A DNA stretch of 62,121 bases, counting the filler, from Actinobacteria bacterium UBA7524 (GTDB lineage Bacteria > Actinomycetota > Coriobacteriia > Anaerosomatales > UBA912), in the NCBI GenBank assembly GCA_002478275.1. It is 8 parts of 8 records of this genome, joined end to end, with 100 filler letters (N's around TTAATTAATTAA, not from the genome) between each part and the next. Parts side by side here need not be neighbours in the genome. Positions count along the whole stretch, not along the records: positions 1 to 3,652 come from DLMY01000023.1; positions 3,753 to 22,924 come from DLMY01000038.1; 6 more parts are not named here. One strand, given 5' to 3'. This document shows, piece after piece, positions 1 to 10,096 of the stretch. Position numbers and translations under genes: made by a program. Numbering within the stretch: position 1 is the first letter of the stretch; every line of letters starts with the position of its first letter. The notes under the pieces are model-generated. The model was not told the origin of the DNA. It did no database searches and saw only the letters and a list, made by a program, of their open reading frames with translations.

Positions 1-41
1 CGCTTCGAGCGCTGACCGCAGGCATCACATCGATCTGTCTG

Positions 42-3000
42 GTGACCCAACTCATCCACATCGTTCCCGCCGCGGCGGCGCCGCTGCCCGTGAGACGGGA
101 GCTGGCCGACAAACGCACACCCTACACAAAGACATTCGATAACGGTGATGGCACCCTTACGCTCGAGAGCTACGCCGAGCCGGTCCACTATCGCAGCAAG
201 GAGTCCGGCAACTACGAGCAGGTGGATGTTTCGCTGGTTGCGACCGAGACGCCGCACGGCAAGGGCGTGACCAACCGGGCTAATGCCTTCTCCATCCACC
301 TGCCTGACGTTGAGGGTCAGGCGCCCATCGGGATCAGTGCCGACGGGGTGGGGGTCTACCTGTCGCCGCAAGGGCGGCCGCTTGAGCCGCCCGTTGCCTC
401 CGCGCGCATCGAGTCAAGCGCCACGCCCGAGCCGGGGGCCCCTCGTTCCCGACGCTATCGGAACGCGTTCGCCGGCGCCGACGTCGTCTACACATCCGAA
501 CCTCGGGGACTGAAAGAGACGATAGTTCTGGACTACTTCCTTGGCCGCAACGTCTTCTCCTACGACATGGACTGCCCAGGGCTGGTCCCCTCGCTTGAGG
601 CGTCCGGGGCGATCACGTTCACACACGCGACCACTGGTCGCGTTGTCTTCGAGATGCCGCCCCCGTTCATGGAGGACTCATCTCAAGACGCGGCCGGGCA
701 GCCCGCGTACTCGGACGCGGTCCACTATGGGTTGAAGCAGACAGGGACAGTGTGGCGGCTCGACATCGTCGCAGACCGAAACTGGCTGCGCGACCCATCC
801 CGCGTGTTCCCTGTGAAGATCGATCCGACCACGTACTTCCTTGGGAGTCGCTACTGCCTCGACAGCTACGTGTACTCTTCAGCGTCGACCACGAACTACG
901 GGCTCTCGACGGACCTCCGCGCGGGCAGGATCTCAGCAGCATACGGCACGAATTACACCCTCGTCAGGCCTGAACTCTCGGGGCTGTCGGCGTCGGGCAT
1001 CAGCGTGCTGAAAGCCGAGCTGAGGCTCTACTGCTTTGATCGTCCGGTCGCAGGATCCACACGAATCGACGTCACTAGGGTCACTTCAGCGTGGGACGAG
1101 GACAGCGTCACTTGGAACAGCAGGCCCTCCACCACTGCATCGTTGGCGTACGCCAACGTCAGCAAGAACGCGTGGGCAGCGTGGGATGTGACGGCGTCAG
1201 TGCAGGACATCGTGGTCAGCGGTGGTGCCAATCAGGGATTCAGGCTGCATTCTCCAACCGCAGACACCTCGATCAACACGTTGTGTCGCTTCCATGCCCG
1301 CGAGTACTCAGGCACCAGCAAGCCCACCATGATCGTGACGTACACTTCCGAGCCATCTGTCGCGATTGTGTCTCCGTCGGCTTCTGTTGCCGTGGGGACA
1401 CACAACGCCGAGCTGCATGCCCACTGGACCTATTCGGACATCTTGGACAAGGAGCAGAGTTCGGTTCAGATTCAGGTGGCCACTGCACCGCCAGCGGTGA
1501 CATGGGACTCACAGAAGCTGGTTGTTCACAAGGACCTGCGGGTGCACGCGATCACCGTGCCTTCCGCCGTCGGCCGTTACTGGATTCGCATGCGAGTCTG
1601 GGCACGCTCATCCGAGACTGGGGCTGCGGGCTGTGAGGCGCCTTCGGCGTGGACCGCGTGGCAACCATTCGATCGCAAGTCCGTGACGAGCGCTCCGAGC
1701 GTCGCGGGTCTCCATTCCCCGGTGACCGCGTCGGTGCCAGTGGGCGCGGGGCTAGTAGTCGACTTGACGACGGGCCGCCTAAAAGGCTCCCGCACGGACT
1801 TCGCTGGAACAGGGCTTGGGCTGCCGCTCGCATACGAGGCCTTCTATGACTCGAGCCGAACGATTGACCAGGGACTCGGACCCGGATGGCAGGTCGTGGA
1901 GCAGAGGATCAGCAATCAGGGGCAGGTTCTAGCGAACGCAGGATTCGAGGCCACGCCAACAGACGGGGACAACCCGCCGGCCTGGGTGTACAGCAACGAT
2001 TCAGCGACTGCGCGCTCGAGTGCGTTCGGGGCGAGGACGGGATCCTACCACCTCATGATCGGCAGGCCGGCGAGTGAGGGGTTCTACAGTGCGTACGTGG
2101 CGAACAACGAGGGGGGCAAGAGCGGCATGCAGGTGTACCCAGGGCAGCGGCTCTCTGCCAAGGCATGGGTGATGACCCGTGACGTGACCACAGACACCAG
2201 CAAGTCCGAGCGTGGGGCACTGATGAAGCTCCATTTCTACGATGCGACCGGTGCGTATGTGTCGAGCACGGTGTCTGGAGGCTACTATCCCAGCGACACC
2301 ACGGCTTCTCCTCGATGGCAGCCGATAGCGCTTGAGAGTGTCGTTCCAGAAGGCGCGTACTATGCCAAGCTGAACCTGGAAGCGCGGAACATGAAGGGCT
2401 ACACCTATTGGGATGACGTGTCGCTTCTGACGTACGGCCTTACGTACACCGATGGCGACGGAACGCAGAGGGTATTTGCGCAGGTCGGTCCCGGAGTCTA
2501 CACAAGAGATCCACTGGAACCCTCCGTCAGATTCAATCGAGTCAACGCGATGCTCAACGGGGTCGGAAACACGGGGAGGGCGACCGACGGGGAGTTCGAC
2601 AGTCGCACGAACCCCTGGTCGTATGATCAAGTGCTGTGGAAGAGCGATGGTACGGCTCATCTCGAGTATGAACTCGCCAGCCCTGCACTATTGGATAACG
2701 TATCCTTCTACCTGCCGGACCCCAACGAGGATGCGCCACGGACGTATTCCTATGCGGTCAAGGTGAGCGAGGACGGAAGTACTTGGACAGAGGTGGTTCC
2801 GGCAACGAGCGGCGCGCGATCATGGGTGACGCACTCCTTCGCACCGACACGCGTGCGGTACATTCGTGTTGTCGCCCTCGGCAACACCGCCAACGGGGCC
2901 TTCCACATCTATGAAATCGAAGCGCACGTTCTGAAGCTGTCAGACCAGGCGCTCAGCGTCGACTCGATGGGGAGGGTCATCGCGTATGCCGATTCGTCCG

Positions 3001-3635
3001 GCAATCCCGTCTTCATCACTCGGAACGCTTCAGGGAAGATAACGCGGATTGCGGATAACACAGAGCGACGATTTGCGCCCCTCACACGGGCGCTGGAGCT
3101 GAACTGGAGCAGCGCCCAGGTGTTCGTCCCGCCCTACAGCTGGCAGACAGTCTGGAATCTGGACTCCTTGACGCACAAAGGGGTTTCGTCGTCGGGCGAG
3201 CAGTCGACCGAGACAGACGCAGTGACGTTCTCCAACATCCCGGGAGAGTACCGGGTGATGCGAAGCCATGACGGGACTCAGACTCCTGTGGCGATCTACA
3301 CCTATGATGCCCTGAAGCGCATCAACGGCGTGCGTGACGCCGACGGAATCGGTCTTGTGATCGGCTACGACTCCGCTGGGCGCGTCTCGACAGTGACGCG
3401 CTCAGGCGATCCGACAGAGACTGTGACCATGTACGCATACGCCGCAAGTCAAGCAACGATTGAGACTGCTGCCGGAGGGGTGGTAGCGCCACGTACTGTG
3501 GTCACCTGGGATGGTGCTGTTGGCAATCAGGTCACATCATGGACGGTAGATGGGCCGGGTTCCCCAGACCCAGTCACGTCAGTGACCTACGATGAGTACG
3601 GTCAAGTGTGGAAGACCATTGATCCGCTAGTGTAG
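42..3635 (+). CDS. RHS/YD-repeat wall-associated protein (DNRLRE-like, CBM4/9-like and F5/8 discoidin-like domains), C-terminally truncated
   Basis: WapA-like N-terminus (GLKETIVL, FPVKIDPT), DNRLRE-like block (DSYV..TNYG..WDE..VTWNSRP), YD-type repeats (YTYDALKRI, GYDSAGRV, TYDEYGQV); stop codon lies inside an IS-like end at the contig edge. Confidence 0.8.
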   Translation: MTQLIHIVPAAAAPLPVRRELADKRTPYTKTFDNGDGTLTLESYAEPVHYRSKESGNYEQVDVSLVATETPHGKGVTNRANAFSIHLPDVEGQAPIGISADGVGVYLSPQGRPLEPPVASARIESSATPEPGAPRSRRYRNAFAGADVVYTSEPRGLKETIVLDYFLGRNVFSYDMDCPGLVPSLEASGAITFTHATTGRVVFEMPPPFMEDSSQDAAGQPAYSDAVHYGLKQTGTVWRLDIVADRNWLRDPSRVFPVKIDPTTYFLGSRYCLDSYVYSSASTTNYGLSTDLRAGRISAAYGTNYTLVRPELSGLSASGISVLKAELRLYCFDRPVAGSTRIDVTRVTSAWDEDSVTWNSRPSTTASLAYANVSKNAWAAWDVTASVQDIVVSGGANQGFRLHSPTADTSINTLCRFHAREYSGTSKPTMIVTYTSEPSVAIVSPSASVAVGTHNAELHAHWTYSDILDKEQSSVQIQVATAPPAVTWDSQKLVVHKDLRVHAITVPSAVGRYWIRMRVWARSSETGAAGCEAPSAWTAWQPFDRKSVTSAPSVAGLHSPVTASVPVGAGLVVDLTTGRLKGSRTDFAGTGLGLPLAYEAFYDSSRTIDQGLGPGWQVVEQRISNQGQVLANAGFEATPTDGDNPPAWVYSNDSATARSSAFGARTGSYHLMIGRPASEGFYSAYVANNEGGKSGMQVYPGQRLSAKAWVMTRDVTTDTSKSERGALMKLHFYDATGAYVSSTVSGGYYPSDTTASPRWQPIALESVVPEGAYYAKLNLEARNMKGYTYWDDVSLLTYGLTYTDGDGTQRVFAQVGPGVYTRDPLEPSVRFNRVNAMLNGVGNTGRATDGEFDSRTNPWSYDQVLWKSDGTAHLEYELASPALLDNVSFYLPDPNEDAPRTYSYAVKVSEDGSTWTEVVPATSGARSWVTHSFAPTRVRYIRVVALGNTANGAFHIYEIEAHVLKLSDQALSVDSMGRVIAYADSSGNPVFITRNASGKITRIADNTERRFAPLTRALELNWSSAQVFVPPYSWQTVWNLDSLTHKGVSSSGEQSTETDAVTFSNIPGEYRVMRSHDGTQTPVAIYTYDALKRINGVRDADGIGLVIGYDSAGRVSTVTRSGDPTETVTMYAYAASQATIETAAGGVVAPRTVVTWDGAVGNQVTSWTVDGPGSPDPVTSVTYDEYGQVWKTIDPLV

Positions 3636-3652
3636 CCGACGATGTGAAACTG
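3631..3652. mobile_element. Probable IS21-family terminal inverted repeat (partial)
   Basis: TGTAGCCGACGATGTGAAACTG at contig end resembles IS21-type TGT...GACG...AAACTG termini and supplies the stop codon of the RHS ORF. Confidence 0.4.
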
Positions 3653-3752
3653 NNNNNNNNNNNNNNNNNNNNNNNNNNNNNNNNNNNNNNNNNNNNTTAA
3701 TTAATTAANNNNNNNNNNNNNNNNNNNNNNNNNNNNNNNNNNNNNNNNNNNN

Positions 3753-3863
3753 GGCTGCGGGAGTCCCCTCCGGTTCGGCGGTCACCGCTCGAAGATCCGC
3801 GCCGCACATCGCGCAGAACGCGCTGCCGTCTTCAGCCTGGGTGCCACATTGCGGGCAGAACAT
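3753..3863 (-). CDS. Zinc-ribbon domain protein, N-terminal fragment
   Basis: MFCPQCG...FCAMCG; runs into contig edge. Confidence 0.7.
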
Positions 3864-4066
3864 CGGATGACCCCCTGTCATCGGTTGTATGTGCTCCCCA
3901 TTGTAGCGGTAAGGTGCCGGGATTGTTCGCATCCAGGACTCCCTGGACGTCCCCGGAAAGCAGAGAGGCGCGGTATCGCGACCGTCTCGCGATACCGCGC
4001 CGTCATACACGTTTCGTACCCGGGCCTCTCGACATCACCCGCACGTGATGGAGGCGGCCTACATTC

Positions 4067-4756
4067 CTACCTGTAGCCGAGTTTTCGCGCGACGGTCCAG
4101 GGCTGCCAGCCACGGGACGTATGCATGCGCAAGGCCACCTCGGCGTTGAAGACGGGGTTGAAGATCTTGTACTCACCGGCTTTCGGTGCGTAGTACGTCA
4201 CTTCGGGAGCGCGATACCAGCCCGGGCCGTCACCCATGTAGGTGCTGTTCGTGTAAAGCTTGACCTTGCCCCACGCCCAATGTGAAGGGTGGTGTCCGGA
4301 GAAGCCGGCCTTCACGTACCAGCCGTCACCGACCCCCAGGTACGTTCCGTTCTGGTACTTCTTGATCGTGCCGAACCGCCATGGGGTCTCGCTCAGCGTG
4401 TAATGCTCCAGGGTCGCCGGATTCGAGAGTTCCTCGGCGGTCCAGCGTCCGTACATGCTCTTGCCCTTCAGTATCTGGAAAAGGCCGGAGCAGGACTTGT
4501 TGCGGTCGTTGAGCGGGTTCATGCCGCTCTCGCCAGCAGATACCATGATCGCTTGCGCCATGCGGTTCCGCTCGTAGGCGCTGTCGTATCCCCAGCCGGC
4601 ACGGGTGAGCGCCATCTGGACGATACGGGCTTGTGCCGGTCGTTCGGCCACGTACTGGGTGATGCGCGCGTGATAGCTGTTCGCGAAGGCGGGTGTTGCC
4701 TGTGCGAGCAGTGCGACCAGTGCCAGTGTGACGACGGACGATAGGCGACGGTACAT
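4067..4756 (-). CDS. Secreted lytic transglycosylase (SLT-like) protein
   Basis: Signal peptide (..TPAFA), AGESGMNP catalytic Glu motif, GLFQI, FNPVFNA..GWQPW; RBS AAGGAGG. Confidence 0.65.
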   Translation of the reverse strand: MYRRLSSVVTLALVALLAQATPAFANSYHARITQYVAERPAQARIVQMALTRAGWGYDSAYERNRMAQAIMVSAGESGMNPLNDRNKSCSGLFQILKGKSMYGRWTAEELSNPATLEHYTLSETPWRFGTIKKYQNGTYLGVGDGWYVKAGFSGHHPSHWAWGKVKLYTNSTYMGDGPGWYRAPEVTYYAPKAGEYKIFNPVFNAEVALRMHTSRGWQPWTVARKLGYR

Positions 4757-5063
4757 ACAATCTTCCTCCTTGTACGGGGACAGATCCACCGCAACGGCCC
4801 CGGAATTCTGGGCACACAGCGATGCCCGGGAAAGAGTGGGGGCATCTGCTGGCGGTGTGGTCCGCGAGACTACGAATGCTCGCGGTGCGCCTGTGTAAGG
4901 CGCGGGCGATATGCCATATCTCGGCTGCCGGCGCGGAGCCAGGGCGAGTTCTCGCCTTTTGGTCTACGTCATGGCCACCATCGTGGCCAGGTCGGTCGGA
5001 TGGGCGCGCTGATCAGGCATCTGTGCCGCGCGTGTGGCCCGTCGTTCCGGCAACAGCGAAGGA

Positions 5064-6842
5064 CTATACCATAGTCCGCATGTTGATAGCCAGTGCATGA
5101 CCTGCGAGATGCGGTGCCAAGGATATGGTCCGAGTGTACTGAACCAGCACATCGTCCACGTCGGCGCAGTGTCGGTCATCCCCGGTGAGCGCCGCAAGTC
5201 TCACCGCGTTCTCGGCGTGAAGCGATGCTCCAGAGGCGGTCGGGGTGTCGGTGGTCTCAAGAGGGACGAATGGCAGCAGGCCGTCGGGGGTGCTCATAAG
5301 CAGCCCTTCAGGATCCGCGAAACGAGTGCTTGCGGTTCGATGGAGCTTGAGGGCCGCTTTGAGCATGCTTCTGTCGTCAAGGTGCTCGACGGCCGAGAGG
5401 CACGCCGCGATCGTGGCCGCGTAGTCTTCCAGGAACCGGGGGGTCTTCATCCGGCCTTCTTCGGGCGTCCGGGGAAGGTCGCGTCCGCGCGCGACATCTC
5501 CCAGTAACCATCTGAGTACGTCCGTTCCTGCCGTGACCATCGCGTCGTCTCCGAATACCGCGCCGGCTTCGATCAGGCCGCGGGCCATCGACGCGTTCCA
5601 CGCGGTGATGGTGTTCTCCACCCTGGGCGGCTGTTCCCTCGCGTCGCGCGATCCCTGCAGCTTCTCGAGCAGTGAGCCGAGCGCGTCGTCCCTCGGCCCA
5701 TGCGCTTCGGTCATTCGCAGCACGTTCATGCCGTCCAGATCTCCCGCATGCGTCACTCCGAGGGCGCTGCAGGCCAACTCGAGTTCCTCGGCATCGAGGA
5801 CAGTCTCGAGCTCCTCGTACGACCACAGATACGTCCCGCCCTCGATTCCGCCGGTGTCGGCATCGAGTGCAGAGTAGAATCCACCCCCCTCCCTGCTCAG
5901 GGCTTGCTGGGCGAATGTCGCGATCGAGCGCGCGGCCGCAGCGTAGCTCCCATCGCGTACGACCCGCTCTGTCGCGGCGAGCACAAGCAGCATCGCGCCC
6001 TGGTCGTAGAGCATCTTCTCGAAGTGAGGGACGGTCCAGGAATCATCCGTCGAGTACCTGAACAGTCCGCCGCCTATGTGGTCGTTGATGCCCCCGGTCA
6101 GCATCGCGTCGAGCCATTGCCTCGCGGCCTCAAGAGGCCACTCGAGGCCGGTGTGGCGGTGGTACTCGAGCAGGAATCCGATCACCGGTGTCTGCGGGAA
6201 CTTCGGCGCGGGTCTCAGGCCGCCGTATCGCGGGTCGAGCATATCCCGCAGCTTCTGCGCTGCAAGGTCGATGTCCTCACGCGTGATGGCCTGTCCTTCT
6301 CGTGCCGAGGAACGGATGTGTCGCAGAGTCTCGACGCTTTGCCCGCCGGTCTCCATGACGGAAGGACGGTTCATGACCCATGCCTGCAGGACGGACCTGA
6401 GCGTCTCTGCAAAGGACGATCCACGCCCGTGGGGCGAGGTCGCAGGGAAGTACGTACCGCCCAGGAACGGAGCGCCGTCGGGGGTGAGGAACACCGTCAG
6501 CGGCCAGCCCCCGGAGCCCGTGGTGATTCCGACGAAGCTCTGGTAGAAGGCGTCGACGTCCGGACGCAATTCCCGGTCGACCTTGATGCTCACGAACTGT
6601 TCGTTGAGAAAGCCGGCGACGTCCGGATCGCGAAAGGACTCCCTCTGCATGACATGACACCAGTGGCATGATTGATAGCCGCCGGAGAGCAGTACCGGAC
6701 GGGCAAGGCGACCGGCTCGGTCGAAGGCCTCGCGGCCCCACGGCCGCCACTTGACCGGGTCGTACGCGTGAGCGCGCAGGTATGCCGAATGAGAGCCCGC
6801 GAGCCTGTTCGGCTGCGCTGTGCCGTGCGGGGGGTCTGTCAC
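5064..6842 (-). CDS. Thioredoxin domain-containing protein YyaL/SSP411 family
   Basis: NRLAGSHSAYLRAHA, GYQSCHWCHVM, KVDRELRPDVD, GGWPLTVFLTP, PHFEKMLYD. Confidence 0.93.
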   Translation of the reverse strand: MTDPPHGTAQPNRLAGSHSAYLRAHAYDPVKWRPWGREAFDRAGRLARPVLLSGGYQSCHWCHVMQRESFRDPDVAGFLNEQFVSIKVDRELRPDVDAFYQSFVGITTGSGGWPLTVFLTPDGAPFLGGTYFPATSPHGRGSSFAETLRSVLQAWVMNRPSVMETGGQSVETLRHIRSSAREGQAITREDIDLAAQKLRDMLDPRYGGLRPAPKFPQTPVIGFLLEYHRHTGLEWPLEAARQWLDAMLTGGINDHIGGGLFRYSTDDSWTVPHFEKMLYDQGAMLLVLAATERVVRDGSYAAAARSIATFAQQALSREGGGFYSALDADTGGIEGGTYLWSYEELETVLDAEELELACSALGVTHAGDLDGMNVLRMTEAHGPRDDALGSLLEKLQGSRDAREQPPRVENTITAWNASMARGLIEAGAVFGDDAMVTAGTDVLRWLLGDVARGRDLPRTPEEGRMKTPRFLEDYAATIAACLSAVEHLDDRSMLKAALKLHRTASTRFADPEGLLMSTPDGLLPFVPLETTDTPTASGASLHAENAVRLAALTGDDRHCADVDDVLVQYTRTISLAPHLAGHALAINMRTMV

Positions 6843-6844
6843 GG

Positions 6845-7030
6845 TCAGCCGGACGCGCGCTCGAGAGCCTGCTCGAACCGGTTGCGGCGGAGTTCGTGCT
6901 CGGTCGCGGCGTACAACGCCGACGCGCGCTCGATCGCCTCTTCCGCCACGGCGTCGTGGCTCATCTCGTCCTTTGCGTGAGCGGTGGTGTCGTGAGTCTC
7001 GTCCGGTCCAGGCATGTCCGGGTGAAACAT
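6845..7030 (-). CDS. Small hypothetical protein (61 aa)
   Basis: RBS GGGAGG before ATG; stop abuts start of the YyaL gene. Confidence 0.5.
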   Translation of the reverse strand: MFHPDMPGPDETHDTTAHAKDEMSHDAVAEEAIERASALYAATEHELRRNRFEQALERASG

Positions 7031-7266
7031 CGTGGCCTCCCGTACGCGGTGTTCAGAAAGTACCCAGACCGTTATACCCGTTCGCCCGAGTTCTCGCAGT
7101 ACCGTTCGCGGGGAAACCGAATGAATCCGACGAACGGCTGCTCGGACGGATATCCGGTACGGGTCCGGGGGATACCGCCCGCGGGGTTGCGGGTACGTTC
7201 GTATGCAGTGACCGTACGAAGCCGCCACTGATCGAGATCAGGCGGCATAGGGGACGGAGGCTTCCT

Positions 7267-8733
7267 GTGGAAGGGCTCTCCTGGTGTTCGTCACCCGGGC
7301 TTCTGACCGACCTTTACCAGCTGACCATGGCCCAGGGGTACTGGAGTTCGGGTGCAAGCCGCCTGGAGGCGAGCTTCTACATGTCGTTCAGGGAGAACCC
7401 TTTCGGGGGCGGTTACAGTGTCTTCGCTGGCCTGGAGCCGGCCCTGACACATATCCAGGCCCTGCGTTTCGGGCCCGAAGACCTCGCCTTCCTTGCGGGG
7501 CAACACGCAGTCGACGGTACGCCCTTGTTCGCCGAGGAATTCCTGAAATGGTTGGCAGGTTTCCGCTTCAGCGGTGACGTGGACGCGGTCGCGGAGGGCT
7601 CGGTCGTGTTCCCGGGGGAGCCGGTCGTCAGGGTCACCGGTCCGATGATCGATTGCCAGCTGGTGGAGACAGCACTGCTCAACGTCGTGAACTTCCAGAC
7701 CCTCGTGGCTACGAAGGCTTCGCGTGTGTGCCGCGCCGCTCAGGGCGATCCAGTGGTCGAATTCGGTCTGCGGCGGGCGCAGGGTCCGGATGGAGGGCTG
7801 TCCGCGAGCCGGGCCGCCTACATCGGTGGATGCAGCGCGACCTCGAATACGTTGGCGGCCCGGGCGTTTGGCATCCCGGCAGCAGGGACTCATGCGCACA
7901 GTTGGGTGATGGCGTTTCGAAGTGAGCAGGAGGCGTTCGACGAGTACGCCAAAGCCCTGCCGAACAACTGCACGTTCCTCGTGGATACGTACGACACTCT
8001 CAGAGGCGTGGAGAGGGCGATATCGACCGGTCTGCGATTGCGGGAGTCGGGGCACGAGATGCTCGGTATCCGAATCGACTCCGGTGACCTGGCATGGCTT
8101 TCCATACGGGCGCGCAAGATGCTTGACGACGCCGGCTTCCCCGACGCACACATCGTTGCGAGCAACGAGCTCGACGAACATCTGATTGGGAGCCTGAAAG
8201 AGCAGGGGGCGGCGATCGATGTCTGGGGCGTCGGCACTAAGCTGGTCACCGCCCATGACCAGCCAGCGCTCGGCGGTGTCTACAAGCTCTCCGCGATACG
8301 CGAGTCCGACGCTGCGTGGGAGCCCAAGCTCAAGGTCTCCGAGCAGACCGCGAAGATCACTGTTCCCGGAAGGCTGGGAGTTCGTCGCTTCGAAGATTCC
8401 GGCAAGCTCGTCGGGGACATGGTCTACGAGATCGACAGCCCACCGTCTGGAGACACCGTCATGGTCGACCCGGCCGATCCGACCAGACGCAAGTCGTTCG
8501 ACGTCCTCACAAGCTTCCGGGAGCTCCTGGAGCCTGTGATGAGGTCGGGGAAGCTCCAGGGACGGCAGCCGGAGCTGGCCGCTGTGCGCCGACGTGCGAC
8601 CGAGGAGGTATCGACGCTCGATGCGACTCAGACCCGTTTCTTGAACCCGCACAGTTATCCGGTCGGCCTGGAGCGGTCCTTGCACGATTCCAGGATGGCG
8701 TTGATCCTCAAGGAACGTGGAGTAGAGGAGTAG
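7267..8733 (+). CDS. pncB: Nicotinate phosphoribosyltransferase
   Basis: LLTDLYQLTM, EFGLRRAQG, GTHAHSWV, LVDTYDT, IRIDSGDL, ALGGVYKL; GTG start after GGAGG. Confidence 0.95.
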   Translation: MEGLSWCSSPGLLTDLYQLTMAQGYWSSGASRLEASFYMSFRENPFGGGYSVFAGLEPALTHIQALRFGPEDLAFLAGQHAVDGTPLFAEEFLKWLAGFRFSGDVDAVAEGSVVFPGEPVVRVTGPMIDCQLVETALLNVVNFQTLVATKASRVCRAAQGDPVVEFGLRRAQGPDGGLSASRAAYIGGCSATSNTLAARAFGIPAAGTHAHSWVMAFRSEQEAFDEYAKALPNNCTFLVDTYDTLRGVERAISTGLRLRESGHEMLGIRIDSGDLAWLSIRARKMLDDAGFPDAHIVASNELDEHLIGSLKEQGAAIDVWGVGTKLVTAHDQPALGGVYKLSAIRESDAAWEPKLKVSEQTAKITVPGRLGVRRFEDSGKLVGDMVYEIDSPPSGDTVMVDPADPTRRKSFDVLTSFRELLEPVMRSGKLQGRQPELAAVRRRATEEVSTLDATQTRFLNPHSYPVGLERSLHDSRMALILKERGVEE

Positions 8734-8740
8734 TGATTCG

Positions 8741-9361
8741 ATGGACGCGCTTGTGCTGGTCGACATCCAGAATGACTTCATGCCCTTTGGTGCGCTGCCT
8801 GTCGCCGACGGTGATGCCGTCGTCCCTGTAGCCAACGCGCTTGCTGGCCGGTTCGAGCTCGTTGTCGCCACGCAGGACTGGCATCCTGTCGGGCACGCCA
8901 GCTTCGCCTCCTCGTATGAGGGACGATCTCCCGGGGACGTGATAGACATCGATGGCCTGGAACAGGTGTTGTGGCCGGATCACTGCGTCCAGCATTCGCC
9001 CGGGGCGTCGTTCCATTCTGGGCTCGATGTCGCCGCCATCGATCATGTGGTCCGAAAAGGTTCGGATCCGGCGATCGACAGCTACAGCGGCTTTTTCGAC
9101 AATGATCACAAGAATGCGACCGGACTGGACGTCCTGCTCAGACGTGAACGGGCAGAGCGCATAGTGCTCGTCGGCCTGGCGACCGACTACTGCGTGCTGT
9201 ACACCGCACTCGACGGGGCGCGCCTGGGCTTCGATGTCGTCGTGGTGCGCGATGGTTGCAGGGCCGTGGGCATCTCACCCAGCGACGAAAGCAGGGCTTA
9301 CGAACGCATGACGCAGGCGGGCTGCAAGGTGGTCTCCGCGGGGGATTTCCTCGGCAAGTAG
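8741..9361 (+). CDS. pncA: Nicotinamidase/pyrazinamidase
   Basis: VDIQNDF, TQDWHP, WPDHCVQ, DSYSGF, GLATDYCV. Confidence 0.95.
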   Translation: MDALVLVDIQNDFMPFGALPVADGDAVVPVANALAGRFELVVATQDWHPVGHASFASSYEGRSPGDVIDIDGLEQVLWPDHCVQHSPGASFHSGLDVAAIDHVVRKGSDPAIDSYSGFFDNDHKNATGLDVLLRRERAERIVLVGLATDYCVLYTALDGARLGFDVVVVRDGCRAVGISPSDESRAYERMTQAGCKVVSAGDFLGK

Positions 9362-9373
9362 GATACTTGGCGA

Positions 9374-9979
9374 TCAGAACAGGTCGTGAAGGTCCGACAT
9401 CGCCTCGGCCGCGTGGTCCATGTGCCAGTCTTCCAGGGACAGGTACAGAGTGGGGCTGAACACGATACCCATCGCCTGTATGAGGTCGACGACCATCGCG
9501 AGGAGATGATCGCTCGTGATGAGATGTTCGACCAGACCCGGGTGGACGTAGTCTGTCGTCACCGGCATCGGGGTCCAGAAGTACTTCGTCTCGCCTTGGC
9601 GGACGATCAGGTCGAGCACGAGGTTTCCCGCAGTGGTCAGGACTATGTCGAACCCGTCGGGCGTGGACTTCTTGAGTACTGCCAGACTCTTCTCCAGCTC
9701 CGCCACGCGTATGAGCGTCTGCTCGTCTATCGCCATGGTGAACGGTGAGGCCGGCAGCGCCTTGAGCACCTCACGCAGGTTGATGGTGGTTACCAGAGCC
9801 CGTTCGGGGACGGTCTTGAGCAGAAGGTCGAGCGCTATGTTCGCCTCGACGACCGACGTCGAGTTCGCAAGGATACGGAACAAGTACTGCGTATCGGGCG
9901 TGTAGTGTTCGCGTATGGCGTGCAGCCGCTGTGTCGCGAGGATCATCGTCTCAGCCTTGAGGTCGTCGGTGTCGCGCAA
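9374..9979 (-). CDS. Hypothetical protein
   Basis: 201-aa ORF with protein-like composition filling the space between pncA and arcC. Confidence 0.65.
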   Translation of the reverse strand: MRDTDDLKAETMILATQRLHAIREHYTPDTQYLFRILANSTSVVEANIALDLLLKTVPERALVTTINLREVLKALPASPFTMAIDEQTLIRVAELEKSLAVLKKSTPDGFDIVLTTAGNLVLDLIVRQGETKYFWTPMPVTTDYVHPGLVEHLITSDHLLAMVVDLIQAMGIVFSPTLYLSLEDWHMDHAAEAMSDLHDLF

Positions 9980-10096
9980 GTGCGCTACTTATCCTATCGG
10001 TTCGCACCCCCTCATTCTGAAAAACGCTCTGACGAGCGGAAACGATACGAGGTCGCGATGAGCTCGCCTAGCTGCACTGTGCGCGAACGCACATGA

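Noticed and set aside
3653..3752. TTAATTAATTAA flanked by N runs, recurring through the window
   Set aside because: Artificial contig linker with stops in all frames. Adjacency across these joins carries no biological meaning.
4760..4870. c-di-AMP (ydaO) riboswitch upstream of the cell-wall enzyme
   Set aside because: Some stems are present, but none of the conserved ydaO motifs are recognisable.
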